This document shows positions 17,794 to 28,421 of a stretch of 64,000 nucleotides of DNA, piece after piece. The position numbers and the translations under genes are program-made. The first letter of the stretch is position 1. Each line of letters starts with the position of its first letter. The notes beneath the pieces were generated by a model, which saw only the letters and a program-made list of their open reading frames with translations, ran no database searches and was not told the DNA's origin. The DNA comes from an uncultured Chloroflexia bacterium (GTDB lineage Bacteria > Chloroflexota > Limnocylindria > Limnocylindrales > CSP1-4), in contig CAWHDR010000001.1 of assembly GCA_963828165.1 (NCBI GenBank), forward strand, positions 2,496,001 to 2,560,000. The letters are read 5' to 3'.

Positions 17794-18663
17794 ATGACCG
17801 CCCTGACCGGCGCCGCCCCGCCACCCGCCGCGGGGGCGCCGCGCCGCAGCCGTGCGTCGATCGTCCTCTACGTGCTGCTCACCCTTGGTCTCATCGCCAT
17901 GGTCGCGCCCTTCGTCTGGATGGTCCTGGGCTCGTTCAAGCCACAGGGCGAGTTCCTGCGGCTTCCCCCGACGTGGCTTCCCGAAGCGCCCACGACGGGC
18001 AATTATCAGCGGCTCATCGACCAGCTGGACATGCCGCGCTTCTTCTTCAACTCGATCGTGGTCGCCATCGCGGTCACCGCGGGCAACCTGATCTTCGCGC
18101 CGATGCTCGGCTACGCCCTGGCCAAGCTCCGGTTCCTCGGCAAGGGTGTGCTCATGGGGCTGGTGCTCGCCACCCTGATGCTGCCGGGCGCCGCGCTCCT
18201 CGTGCCGCTCTTCGTGCTGATGAGCTCGCTCGATCTCGTCAACACCTACCCGTCGCTGATCCTGCCGTTCCTGGCCGGCCCGTTCGGCGTGTTCCTGACC
18301 CGCCAATTCTTCTCGGGCCTGCCCGACGAGCTGCTCGAGGCCGCCCGGATGGATGGCGCCAGCGAGCTTCGGATCTTCTGGACCATCGCCATGCCCCTCG
18401 CCGGACCGGTCCTCGCGACCCTCGGCATCCTCACGTTCCTGGGCTCGTGGAACTCGTTCATCTACCCGCTGGTGATGGCCCAGGAACCAGAGATGTACAC
18501 GCTGCCGGTCGCCCTCGCCACGTTCGCGACCGGCCAGTACCAGGCGGACCACGGGATGCTCATGGCGGGCTCCCTGGTCCTGATCCTGCCCGTCCTCATC
18601 ATCTTCGTGGTGCTCCAGCGCTGGATCACCGAAGGCATCGCGACGACGGGTCTCAAAGGCTGA
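17794..18663 (+). CDS. Sugar ABC transporter permease (MalG-like)
   Basis: ELLEAARMDGA, SWNSF, EGIATTGLKG. Confidence 0.92.
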   Translation: MTALTGAAPPPAAGAPRRSRASIVLYVLLTLGLIAMVAPFVWMVLGSFKPQGEFLRLPPTWLPEAPTTGNYQRLIDQLDMPRFFFNSIVVAIAVTAGNLIFAPMLGYALAKLRFLGKGVLMGLVLATLMLPGAALLVPLFVLMSSLDLVNTYPSLILPFLAGPFGVFLTRQFFSGLPDELLEAARMDGASELRIFWTIAMPLAGPVLATLGILTFLGSWNSFIYPLVMAQEPEMYTLPVALATFATGQYQADHGMLMAGSLVLILPVLIIFVVLQRWITEGIATTGLKG

Positions 18664-18710
18664 CGGTCCGCCGCGGCCCGAGCGACCCGCCACACACGGA
18701 GGTATCGATC

Positions 18711-20225
18711 ATGCGCCAGCGCCGGCTCCACCCGCTCATCGGCGTCCTGTCAGCGCTCGTCATCGCGGCGGCGGCCTTCCCCGCCGCCGCGGCAGGCGCG
18801 AGCTCTGGCCTGAGCGCCGCCCAGCGCGCGACCCTGCGTGGGTACGCCGAGCACACCTGGGCGTCGTTCGTGGCGATGACCGATGCGGAAACGGGTCTGC
18901 CCGCCGACAGCCTGGCCGCGGACGGAACGCCGAGCGTCCAGACGTCGACGACGAACATCGGCGCGTACATGTGGAGCACCGTCGTCGCCGAACGCCTCCG
19001 GTTCATCGATCACGACGAGGCGGTGGCCCGCCTGGAGACGACGCTCGGCACGCTCGAGACGATGGAGCGGCACGAAGCGAGCGGCCAGTATTTCAACTGG
19101 TACGACCACACGAACGGCGAGGTCCTCACCGTCTGGCCGCCGAGTGGCGATCCGGTGGTGCCGATCCTCTCGTCCGTCGACAACGGCTGGCTGGCGACCG
19201 GCATCCATGTCGTGGCCAACGCCGTGCCCGAGCTGTCGACGCGTGCCGGCGCCCTCTTCGACAGCATGCATTTCGGGTTCTACTACCGACCCGAGGTCAA
19301 TCGCATCGCCTTCCACGTCGCCCCGAGCACCGGCGCGTCCCCGTGCTGCTACGACACGATCGTCAGCGAGAGCCGGATCGCGAGCTACATCGGCATCGCG
19401 ACGGGCGAGCTGCCGGAGAAGGAGTACTTCGGCGCCTGGCGGACATTCCCCGAGACATGCGACTGGAACTGGCACGAGACCCAGCCGGTCGGATTCCGCA
19501 AGACCTACCTCGGCGTCAGCGTCTTCGAAGGGGCCTATCCGTACGAGGACTTCCGCGTCGTCCCGGGCTGGGGCGGAAGCATGTTCGAGGCCCTGATGCC
19601 TGCCCTGTTCGTCCCGGAGGAGAAATGGGCCCCACGCAGCTGGGCCGTGAACCACCCGCTCACGATCGCCGCGCAGATCCACCACGGCCTCGTCGAGGCG
19701 GACTACGGCTACTGGGGCTTTTCGCCCGCGAACGTCCCCGAAGGCGGCTACACCGAATACGGCGTCGACGCCATCGGGATGCGCCCTGACGGGTACAAGT
19801 CGAACAACGACAACACGCTGGTCGACCGAGGCTTCGGTGACTGTCCGGGCCGCGAGCCGCAGCCGGATCCGCCGCCGTCGGCCTACACGAACGGCGTGGT
19901 CACGCCACATGCGGCGTTCCTCGCCTTGCGCTGGGCGCCGGACCGCGTGATGGAGAACCTGGCCAACCTGCAGTCCGATTTCGAGATCTACGATCGGTGG
20001 GGGTTCCGCGACTCGGTCAACGTCCAGACGGGGACCGTGTCCGGTGCCTACCTGTCGCTCGACCAGGGGATCGTCATGGCCGCGATCGGCAATGCGCTGG
20101 CGGACGACGTCCTGCGCGAGTCGTTCGCGACCAAGGAGTTCCGCAAGGTGCTCCGGCCGGTGATCGGCATGGAGACGTTCAACGCCGGGCCACGGGCCGC
20201 CGCCGACGAGTTCCTCGACCCGTGA
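18711..20225 (+). CDS. Secreted glycoamylase/DUF3131-family protein (beta-1,2-glucan-active GH144/GH189-like)
   Basis: Signal peptide; TSTTNIG, YFNWYD, SSVDNGWL, SESRIASY, WGGSMFEALMP, VTPHA, SLDQG. Confidence 0.75.
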   Translation: MRQRRLHPLIGVLSALVIAAAAFPAAAAGASSGLSAAQRATLRGYAEHTWASFVAMTDAETGLPADSLAADGTPSVQTSTTNIGAYMWSTVVAERLRFIDHDEAVARLETTLGTLETMERHEASGQYFNWYDHTNGEVLTVWPPSGDPVVPILSSVDNGWLATGIHVVANAVPELSTRAGALFDSMHFGFYYRPEVNRIAFHVAPSTGASPCCYDTIVSESRIASYIGIATGELPEKEYFGAWRTFPETCDWNWHETQPVGFRKTYLGVSVFEGAYPYEDFRVVPGWGGSMFEALMPALFVPEEKWAPRSWAVNHPLTIAAQIHHGLVEADYGYWGFSPANVPEGGYTEYGVDAIGMRPDGYKSNNDNTLVDRGFGDCPGREPQPDPPPSAYTNGVVTPHAAFLALRWAPDRVMENLANLQSDFEIYDRWGFRDSVNVQTGTVSGAYLSLDQGIVMAAIGNALADDVLRESFATKEFRKVLRPVIGMETFNAGPRAAADEFLDP

Positions 20226-22073
20226 TCACGGGCTCGTCCGCCCGGATCGCCTGGTTCGAGACCCTTGGGGCGTCGACCGAGCGTGACCGGCCGGCGCCCG
20301 ACGTCACCCTGCCCCCGCCGACCGAGGTCCGCGCAGAGCGCGGCCGCGGCCAGGTGACGGTGTCCTGGTCCCCGGTCGAGGGCGCGGTTGGCTATCTCGT
20401 CCACCGCGGCTCGGCCCAAGGTGACCTCGAGGCCATCGACCACAAGGGCGGTGACGTCCTCGCGGTCCCCCACGGGCCGTACGTCGATACGACACCGGGC
20501 GTCGAGAGCGACAACGTCTATGCCGTGGCCAGCCTGTCCAGCATCGACGCGCCCGTCGGACCGGTCTCGGCGCCGGCCAGGCCAGCCCAGACCCAGCGCG
20601 AGGGCGAGGTGAGCGTCGTGGTCGATGCCGCGCGCTCGACTGGCCCGGTCCTGCGGCCGTGGCGTCACATGATCGGCTCCGAGCACCTCGCGCTGCTCTT
20701 GCGCGGCGAAGGACCCGGCGGGTTGCCGGTCGGGGAGGATCTTGCGGAGGCGTTCCGCGTCGTCCGCGACCAGCTCGGGGTCGAGGTGGTCCGGGCGCAC
20801 GCTATCCTCCACGACGTCCTCGGCGTGTATTCCGAGGATGACGACGGCACCCCGCGATACGACTTCGACAAGGTCGACCTCGTCATCGATCGCCTGCTCG
20901 CGACGGGCCTGCGTCCGCTCGTGGAGCTGTCGTTCATGCCGAAAGCGCTCGCCGCCGACCCCGGGCCGAGGGTCTTCGACTACATCGGCCTCATCTCGCC
21001 GCCACGCGACCTGGATCGCTGGGCGGACCTCGTGGAGGCCCTCGTCCGGCACCTCGTCGCGCGCCACGGCCTCGACGAGGTCAGTCCGCTGGGGCTTCGA
21101 GGTCTGGAACGAGGCGAACATCAAGGTCTTCTGGGCCGGTCGCCAGAGCGACTACTTCGACCTGTACGACGCGACCGCTCGGGCCGTCAAGGCGGTGGAT
21201 CCGCGGTTGCCGGTCGGCGGGCCATCGACGGCCGCCGCCGGCTGGGTCGACGACCTGCTCCATCACGCCGCCGAGACCGGCGTGCCGGTCGACTTCGTGA
21301 CCACCCACACATATGGCGCGCCGCCGCTCGACCTGCGACCGATCCTCGAGCGGTATGGCCGCACGGGCATCCCGATCTGGTGGACCGAATGGGGCGTCAG
21401 CCCGACCCACGGCGGGCCCGTGAACGACAGCGTATGGGGCGCCCCGCTCGTCGCCCGCGGCATGCGCTCCGCTGCCGGTCGAGTCGATGCATTGTCGTAC
21501 TGGGTCGCCTCGGATCAATTCGTCGAGCTCGGCGTGCCAGAACAGCTCTTCCACGGAGGATTCGGCCTGCTCACGGTCGGCGGGCTGCGCAAACCGCGGT
21601 TCTGGGCCATCGCGGTCCTCGAGCAGCTGGGCGACCAGGAGTTGGCCAGCCAGGTCACCGGGGACGGCGGCGGCAGTCTGGTCGAGGCGTGGGCCAGCCG
21701 GGACACGGGCCTTGCGGGTGATCGCGTCGCAGTCGCTCTCTGGAACGGGTCGCTCGATCAGACGAAGACCGGCGGCGATGACGCGCTCGGCCGTCACGTG
21801 ACGCTGGACGTCTCGGGACTCCCGGCGGGCGAGTACGTGGTCGAGCATCGCCGAGTCGACGACGAGCATTCGAACATCGCCCGCTCCTGGGAAGGGATGG
21901 GCGGCGGTGACTGGCCGACGACGGGCCAATGGGAGCGGCTGCGCGCGGCGGATCGTCTCGAGTCGCTCGTTCACGACGAGCGGGTGTCAGTCGGGTCGGA
22001 CGGGGTCGCGCACCTCGCGTTCGACCTGCCCATGCCGGCCATCTCACTCGTGGAGATCCGCCCGGCGACCTGA
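20222..22073 (+). CDS. GH39 beta-xylosidase-like hydrolase with an N-terminal FN3-like domain; +1 frameshift near 21085
   Basis: VRAHAILHD and VELSFMPKALA in frame 1, then FEVWNEAN, DFVTTHTYG and WWTEW in frame 2. Confidence 0.85.
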
Positions 22074-22076
22074 GCT

Positions 22077-22535
22077 TCAGTCGCGCAGCGAGAGGGAGAC
22101 GGTCGACGCATCGACCGGACCGGTGAACTCGACCACCAGGTGGCGGATGACACCGGCCATCCCGCAACCGCCGAAGTCATGCTCGGTGGCAACGTCGAGC
22201 GACATGCCATCCGCCGACCCGTCCAATGTCACCAGCACATGGCGGTCGCACAAGCCCCCGATCCAGATGACGGAGAGTGCGTCGTCGCGCCCCGGCACCG
22301 GTTGAACGCCTTCCATCAGCGCACCCTGGGTGCCGACGGAAACGGCACGGACGGCTCCCGTCATGTCCGCGAACCGGAACGGCAGCTGGGGAAGCTCGGC
22401 CGTCGGCGGGAAGAGGCCATCGATCGCACGCGGTCCTGGTTGGTCGGCGGATCCGCATGCCGCGAGACTGGCCAGGCCCAGCACCACGACGAACAGCGCC
22501 AATCGAGTTCGCCGTGCCGTCGCTCGCGGGGACAT
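22077..22535 (-). CDS. Hypothetical lipoprotein
   Basis: Lipobox LAAC; WIGGLCD...C motif resembling the extracellular domain of the 10238-10948 protein. Confidence 0.6.
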   Translation of the reverse strand: MSPRATARRTRLALFVVVLGLASLAACGSADQPGPRAIDGLFPPTAELPQLPFRFADMTGAVRAVSVGTQGALMEGVQPVPGRDDALSVIWIGGLCDRHVLVTLDGSADGMSLDVATEHDFGGCGMAGVIRHLVVEFTGPVDASTVSLSLRD

Positions 22536-22628
22536 CCGCGGAGTATGCCGTCCGACTCACGGAGGCGACGCCATGCCATCGCAGCCGTCGTCGGGCCCGG
22601 GAACCCGAATGCGCCCACAATGGGTTCG

Positions 22629-24581
22629 ATGCCACGAGTCGCCCGGCCAAAGCCGTACGCACCGAAGTCCGCCAAGCCCAGGGCCGCCGAGCCCAAGGTC
22701 CGGGCGCCCAAGAACGTGACGGCCAGGGCCGCCCCACCGAGCGAGGCACCGGCGTCCGGGGCGCCCGCCGCGACCGACTCGCCCGCCCCCGACGGCTTCG
22801 CGACCTTCGACCTCGACGAGCGTTTGCTCGCCACGGTCGCCGACCTGGGCTACGAGGAGCCGACGCCGATCCAGCGAGAGGCCATCCCGCTGCTGCTCGG
22901 CGGCCGCGACATCCTCGCCGAGGCGCCGACCGGCACCGGCAAGACCGCGGCCTTCGCCCTGCCGATCCTCCAGCGCATCGCGATCGGCGCCGCCGGCCCC
23001 AACAGCACCAGCGCCCTCGTCGTCGTCCCGACCCGAGAGCTTGCCATGCAGGTCGCCGAGGCCTTCCACGTCTACGGCAAGTCCCTCGGGGCCCGGATCG
23101 TCCCCGTCTACGGCGGCCAGCCGATCGGGCAGCAGCTCCGTGGGCTCCGCCGCGGGGTCGATGTCGTCGTCGCGACGCCGGGTCGCGCGGTCGACCACCT
23201 CAAGCGCGGCAGTCTCAGCATCGATGCCGCGCGCATCGTCGTGCTCGATGAGGCGGACGAGATGCTCGACATGGGCTTCGCCGAGGATCTCGACACGATC
23301 CTGTCGGCGACCCCCGCGGATCGCCAGACGGCGCTCTTCTCCGCGACGATCTCACCGACGATCACGCGGATCGCCAAGCGTCACCTGCGCGATCCGGCCC
23401 GGATCACGGTCCATGCCGAGAAGACCACCGGTGACGGGGTCGCACGGGTCCGCCAGACGGCGTATGTCGTGCGGCGGGTCGACAAGCTGCCGGCGCTGTG
23501 CCGCATCCTCGACGTCGAGGACCCCGCGTCGACGCTCGTGTTCGCGCGGACGCGCGGCGAGGTGGACGACCTGGCCGAGGCCTTGAGCAGCCGCGGTCAC
23601 GACGCCGGAGCGCTCCATGGCGGCCTCGTCCAGGAGGCACGCGACCGGATCATGGGGCGTTTCCGAGACGGATCGCTGGACGTGCTGGTCGCGACGGACG
23701 TCGCCGCCCGCGGCCTCGATATCGACCATGTGAGCCACGTCGTCAACTTCGACGTGCCGTCCGACCCCGATGCGTACGTGCATCGCATCGGCCGAACGGG
23801 CCGGGCGGGACGCGAGGGCGTGGCGATCACCCTGGTCGAGCCGCGCGAGCATCGATTGCTCCGCAACATCGAGTCGGCCACGAGATCGAAGCTCCAGATC
23901 GCCCGTCTCCCGACCGTGGCCGACCTGCGCGAGCGCCGGTTGGAGCTGGTGCGGGCGAACCTGCGCGACGCGCTTGAGACGGGTGGCCACGACCGATTCC
24001 GGGGCGTGGTGGAGCCGCTGACCGAGGAGTTCGATGTCGTCGACATCGCGTTGGCGGCGGTCAGCCTGATCGAGGGCGCCGAGATCCGCGACGAGGACGA
24101 GGTGGAGCTCGCCCAGGCCTCGCTCCAGCAGCCCGGACCCGGCCCTGGCCGTGGTCAGAGCGGTCCGGGCGGTCCGCGGCGCGGCCCGGTCCCGGCGTTC
24201 CCTGGCGCCGGTCGCCCGGGCGGCGGTCCGCGCGGTCCCGGTGGTCCCGCCCGACCCCGGCGCGGTGTGCCCGGAGGCCCGGGCGGGGTCCGCGATGGCG
24301 ACTCTCGCGCTCCGCGCGGCCCCGAATCGGATGGCTGGGAACAGCTCTGGATCGGTGGCGGCCGGCGGGCCGGCCTGCGACCGGGCGACCTCGTCGGAGC
24401 CATCGCCAACGAGGCGGGCGTGCCCGGCTCCGTGGTCGGTGCGATCCAGCTGTTCGACGATTTCGCGCTGGTCGACGTCCAGGGCAACGTCGCGGATGCG
24501 ATCGAGCACGCTCTACGCAACGCGACGATCCGCGGCCAGAGGCTTCCCGTACGGCGCGAGCGCGCTCCCTCGCGTCGCTGA
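22629..24581 (+). CDS. deaD: DEAD-box RNA helicase (DeaD/CsdA type) with a DbpA RNA-binding domain
   Basis: Q motif, GTGKT, PTRELA, DEAD, SAT, HRIGRTGRAG; C-terminal RPGDLVGAIANEAG. Confidence 0.9.
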   Translation: MPRVARPKPYAPKSAKPRAAEPKVRAPKNVTARAAPPSEAPASGAPAATDSPAPDGFATFDLDERLLATVADLGYEEPTPIQREAIPLLLGGRDILAEAPTGTGKTAAFALPILQRIAIGAAGPNSTSALVVVPTRELAMQVAEAFHVYGKSLGARIVPVYGGQPIGQQLRGLRRGVDVVVATPGRAVDHLKRGSLSIDAARIVVLDEADEMLDMGFAEDLDTILSATPADRQTALFSATISPTITRIAKRHLRDPARITVHAEKTTGDGVARVRQTAYVVRRVDKLPALCRILDVEDPASTLVFARTRGEVDDLAEALSSRGHDAGALHGGLVQEARDRIMGRFRDGSLDVLVATDVAARGLDIDHVSHVVNFDVPSDPDAYVHRIGRTGRAGREGVAITLVEPREHRLLRNIESATRSKLQIARLPTVADLRERRLELVRANLRDALETGGHDRFRGVVEPLTEEFDVVDIALAAVSLIEGAEIRDEDEVELAQASLQQPGPGPGRGQSGPGGPRRGPVPAFPGAGRPGGGPRGPGGPARPRRGVPGGPGGVRDGDSRAPRGPESDGWEQLWIGGGRRAGLRPGDLVGAIANEAGVPGSVVGAIQLFDDFALVDVQGNVADAIEHALRNATIRGQRLPVRRERAPSRR

Positions 24582-24587
24582 TCGGCG

Positions 24588-26111
24588 TCAGCGGCCCAGG
24601 AGCTGGTCCACCGGGGCGAAGTCGTCGCTGAGGACCGTCGCATCCCCGATGAATGCGGCCACCTCGCTCCGATCGGCCAGGATCCCGGTCGAGTCGCCCT
24701 CGCCCCACCGCTCGATGCGGGCGTTGACCGCCGCCACGTCCAGCGGCTCGGCGCTCGCGACCAGCACGACATTGCCACCGGACTCGCTGGCGAGCGTCGA
24801 GCGCCCGCTGATCACGGCGACGTGCTCGAACAACCGGCTGGCGGTCGCGGCCTCTGCCCGCACGAAACCAAGCGGCGGATAGTCGATCAGGTTCATCGCG
24901 TACATCCCGCCGGGGCGCAGCACCCGCCCGATCTCCCCGAGGAACTCGGTCGTGGTGAGATGCCATGGCACCGCCAGCCCGCCGAACGCGTCGCCGACCA
25001 CGAGATCGACGCTGTCGTCCGGCAGTCGCTCGATCGACAGCCGCGCGTCGCCGACGATCACCCGGATCGCGTCGCTCGGCGCGAACCCGAGCTGCTCCTG
25101 GGCGACTGCCAGCACCTTCGGATCGAGCTCCAGCACCGTCTGCGAGGCGACCGGCCGCGTCGCCGCCAGGTAGCGCGGGAACGTGAAGCCTCCACCACCG
25201 ACGTGAAGCACGTCGACCGGACGGCCCAGCCCATCGAGATACGGCCCAACGGCGTCGGAGAACCGCCGCTCGTACCCGAACACGAGGTTGGTCGGGTCGG
25301 CCAGGTCGACATAGGCGTGCGTCAAGCGGTCCAGGATGAGGATCCGGCCGTCCGAGTCGCCGGGATCGACTTCGACCGCGATGCAGTAGTACGCGCTTTC
25401 GGTATCGCACGGGGAGGGGCCGGCGAGCGCCAGCCCGCCCATCGCGACCGCGGCCAGTGCCACCACACCGGTCCGGGCCGGTCCGCCGCCACCGCCCCGG
25501 AGCGCGACCGTCAACGCCAGCCCCACGACGACGAGCAGCCCACCGACCCCGACGATGAGCACGCGGGTCGGCACCAGGCCCAACAGCACGAACCCGGTGA
25601 GGAACGTTCCGATGATGGCCCCTGCCGTGCCGATCGCCGAAAGCCGCCCGACGATCGAGCCGCTCGTCTGGAGGTCTGTCAGCGTCGCCCGCACGATCAT
25701 CGGGCCAACCGCCGACAGGATCGCCGCCGGCAGCACGAACCCGACCGAGGCGAGCGTCACGATCGCGACGACTCCCTCGCCGAGGTCGGCTGCGCCTAGC
25801 CATCCGACGATCGGGACCGCCGCGATGGCCGCAGCGCCGCCCAGCACGAACGACGGCCCCAGCAGGGGCTCGGGCCCGAACGCGTCGGCCGCCCGGCCGC
25901 CGATCCACGCCCCGAGCGCGATGCCGGCCAGGATCGCGCCGATGATCCCGGTGTACGTCGTGAGCGATACGCCGACATACGGCGCCAGCAGTCGGCCGGC
26001 GGCGATCTCCAGGACCAGCACGCAGGCGGCCGCGAGGAACGTCAGGATCGCGGCGACCGGCCAGCTGAGACGGCGACCTGGGCGATCTACGGTCGGGATG
26101 GGCTCAGACAA
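24588..26111 (-). CDS. Fused MFS-like/spermidine synthase-type methyltransferase
   Basis: LEIAAGRLLAPYVG TM region; HVGGGGF, ELDP, GDAR, GDAF, SDDFAPVD. Confidence 0.85.
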   Translation of the reverse strand: MSEPIPTVDRPGRRLSWPVAAILTFLAAACVLVLEIAAGRLLAPYVGVSLTTYTGIIGAILAGIALGAWIGGRAADAFGPEPLLGPSFVLGGAAAIAAVPIVGWLGAADLGEGVVAIVTLASVGFVLPAAILSAVGPMIVRATLTDLQTSGSIVGRLSAIGTAGAIIGTFLTGFVLLGLVPTRVLIVGVGGLLVVVGLALTVALRGGGGGPARTGVVALAAVAMGGLALAGPSPCDTESAYYCIAVEVDPGDSDGRILILDRLTHAYVDLADPTNLVFGYERRFSDAVGPYLDGLGRPVDVLHVGGGGFTFPRYLAATRPVASQTVLELDPKVLAVAQEQLGFAPSDAIRVIVGDARLSIERLPDDSVDLVVGDAFGGLAVPWHLTTTEFLGEIGRVLRPGGMYAMNLIDYPPLGFVRAEAATASRLFEHVAVISGRSTLASESGGNVVLVASAEPLDVAAVNARIERWGEGDSTGILADRSEVAAFIGDATVLSDDFAPVDQLLGR

Positions 26112-26979
26112 GCGGTGCGACTTCCTGGGCGAACCGCTCGGCGAGCGCCGACACCTCCGCGGGGTCCGTCGCGTCGAACCACAGGGCCAGGTGGCTGACC
26201 CCGAGAGACTCGAAGGCGCGCACCTCGGTGGCCATCTCCTCTGGCGTGCCGCGGATCGCGTAGAACTTGTCGGTGGCTGACCCGAACTGCGTATAGGCGC
26301 GTGCCATGAGCTGGGGCATGGGCCGACCGGCGGCCTCGGCGGCGGCCCGGATGATCGGAATCCGGTCGGCGTACTTCGCGGCACTCGTCGCGCTGGACTG
26401 GTACCCGTCTCCAAGGGCTCCGGCGCGTCGGAGGGCCGCTTCGGCCCGACCTCCGACCACGATCGGCAGGCGCTCTCCCTGGTCGGGGAGGGGAGCGAAC
26501 GCGAAGTCGTCGAAGCTGTGGAACCGCCCATCGAACGGCTCGGTGGAACCCGACCACAGATGCCGGAACAGCGCGATCGTCTCGTCGAGGTACGCGCCTC
26601 GAACGTGAAAGCGGTCGGCGAGGTCGAGGTTCGCGAACTCAGGCTTGCTCCATCCGACGCCGACGCCGGCGATGACCCGTCCGCCGCTCAGCGTGTCGAG
26701 GGAAGCCAGTTCCTTCGCCAATACGACCGCGTTTCGGTAGGGGACCACGATGACGCTCGTGCCCAGCCGGACCTTGGCGTACTTCGCCCCGATCCAGGTG
26801 AGGCTCAGGATCGCCTCGAAGATCCGACCGTAGTCGTCGGTGTCCGCGGTCTCGACGAGGATGTGGTCGGTCGTCCAGACGGTGGACCAGGCGAGGCGCT
26901 CGGCCGTCTCAGCCGCTGCCTCCATGCCTTCGCGCGAGGCGCCGTCGCGGAAGTTCGGGAGACAGAGCCCATAGTCCAT
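26104..26979 (-). CDS. LLM-class (probably F420-dependent) oxidoreductase
   Basis: WTTDH, LGTSV, LAKELASLDTLSGGRVIAGVGVGW. Confidence 0.88.
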   Translation of the reverse strand: MDYGLCLPNFRDGASREGMEAAAETAERLAWSTVWTTDHILVETADTDDYGRIFEAILSLTWIGAKYAKVRLGTSVIVVPYRNAVVLAKELASLDTLSGGRVIAGVGVGWSKPEFANLDLADRFHVRGAYLDETIALFRHLWSGSTEPFDGRFHSFDDFAFAPLPDQGERLPIVVGGRAEAALRRAGALGDGYQSSATSAAKYADRIPIIRAAAEAAGRPMPQLMARAYTQFGSATDKFYAIRGTPEEMATEVRAFESLGVSHLALWFDATDPAEVSALAERFAQEVAPLV

Positions 26980-27086
26980 GGTTGGGGATGGTAGCGGGCG
27001 GGCGGCCGTAACGATGACGTGACGAATGGCGTGTACCGTGCGGACGACAGCCTGGGCCGGCACCACCCGGCGCAGCAGGAGGAGCC

Positions 27087-27816
27087 GTGAGTTTCCTCGA
27101 GCGGGTCGATCAGACCATCCGCCGCAGCGGGGCGTGGCGCTCGCTGTTCCGGCAGCCGTACCCGCGCGACGAGCGCTCGCGCGCGTACGCGGTCATGAAC
27201 AACGTGTTCCTGCACATCCACCCGGTGCGCGTCCGCCAGCACGCTGTGCGCTTCGCGTACACCTTCTGTCTGGGCGGGCTGACGTTCTTCCTGTTCCTGG
27301 TGCTGACGATCACCGGCGTGTACCTGATGTTCTTCTACGTGCCCTCGCGCCACGCTCGCGTACACGAACATCCTCGACATCCAGAGCCAGGTCACGTTCG
27401 GCCTCTTGACCCGCAACATCCACCGGTGGGGCGCCCACCTGATGGTCTTCTTCGTGTTCCTGCACATGATGCGGGTCTTCTACCACGGCGCCTACAAGCC
27501 ACCGCGCGAGTTCAACTGGGTGGTCGGGGTGGTGTTGCTCTTCCTGACCATCATGTTGAGCTTCTCGGGCTACCTGCTGCCATGGGACCAGATCGCGTTC
27601 TGGGCCATCACGATCGGCACGAACTTCGGGTCGTACTTCCCGATCGTGGCGACCCCCGTGAACCGCCTCCTGCTCGGTGGCGTGGAGGTCGGGCAGAACA
27701 CGCTCCTCCGCTTCTACGTGCTCCACATCATGGTGCTGCCGTTGCTTACCGCCATCTTCCTGGCCGTCCATTTCTGGCGGATCAGGAAGGACGGCGGCAT
27801 CTCCGGGCCGCTCTGA
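27087..27816 (+). CDS. Cytochrome b N-terminal/cytochrome b6-like subunit; +1 frameshift near 27348
   Basis: FCLGG, then [50 protein letters not shown]. Confidence 0.88.
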
Positions 27817-27947
27817 CCGATCGACCGCCAGCGCGCAACGAAACTGCAAGAGGAGCCGTCGAGAGGGTTCGATTCGCATGTCGCGTTCCGGGCCCTCCGC
27901 CTGTTGGAATACGGGGACGTCATCCCCGTCCACTCCAGGAGGCACGC

Positions 27948-28421
27948 ATGAACGCGATCACCATGCTCGAAGAAGACCACGCCAAGATGCGGAAGCTGCT
28001 CGATGAGCTCGAGTCCACGACCGAACGCGGCGTCAAGACTCGGACGGAGCTCTTCGCGACGATCAAGGGCGAGCTCACGGTCCACGAGATCATCGAGGAG
28101 GAGATCTTCTACCCGGAGCTGAAGGCGCACCCCAAGGCCAAGGAAATCGTCCTCGAGGGCTACGAAGAGCACCACGTGGTCGATCTGGTCATGAAGGAGC
28201 TCGAGGAGACGCCGGTCGAAGACGAGAGCTGGGGCGCCAAGGCCAAGGTCATGAAGGAGAACGTCGAGCACCACATGGAAGAGGAAGAGGGCGAGATGTT
28301 CAAGCAGGCTCGCTCCGTCTTCGACCGGGCTGAGCTCGAGGATCTCGGTGAGCGGATGGCAGCCCGCAAGGCCTCCGCGCAGCGGGAGCTGAACATCCCG
28401 GCCACCGCCGGCAAGTCCTAG
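27948..28421 (+). CDS. Hemerythrin domain protein
   Basis: DH, HEIIEEEIFYP, EEH and HHMEEEE motifs; AGGAGG RBS. Confidence 0.88.
   Translation: MNAITMLEEDHAKMRKLLDELESTTERGVKTRTELFATIKGELTVHEIIEEEIFYPELKAHPKAKEIVLEGYEEHHVVDLVMKELEETPVEDESWGAKAKVMKENVEHHMEEEEGEMFKQARSVFDRAELEDLGERMAARKASAQRELNIPATAGKS

Noticed and set aside
27087-28421. 444-aa cytochrome b-hemerythrin fusion in the ORF track
   Set aside because: Artefact of the frameshift at about 27348; the hemerythrin has its own RBS and ATG at 27948
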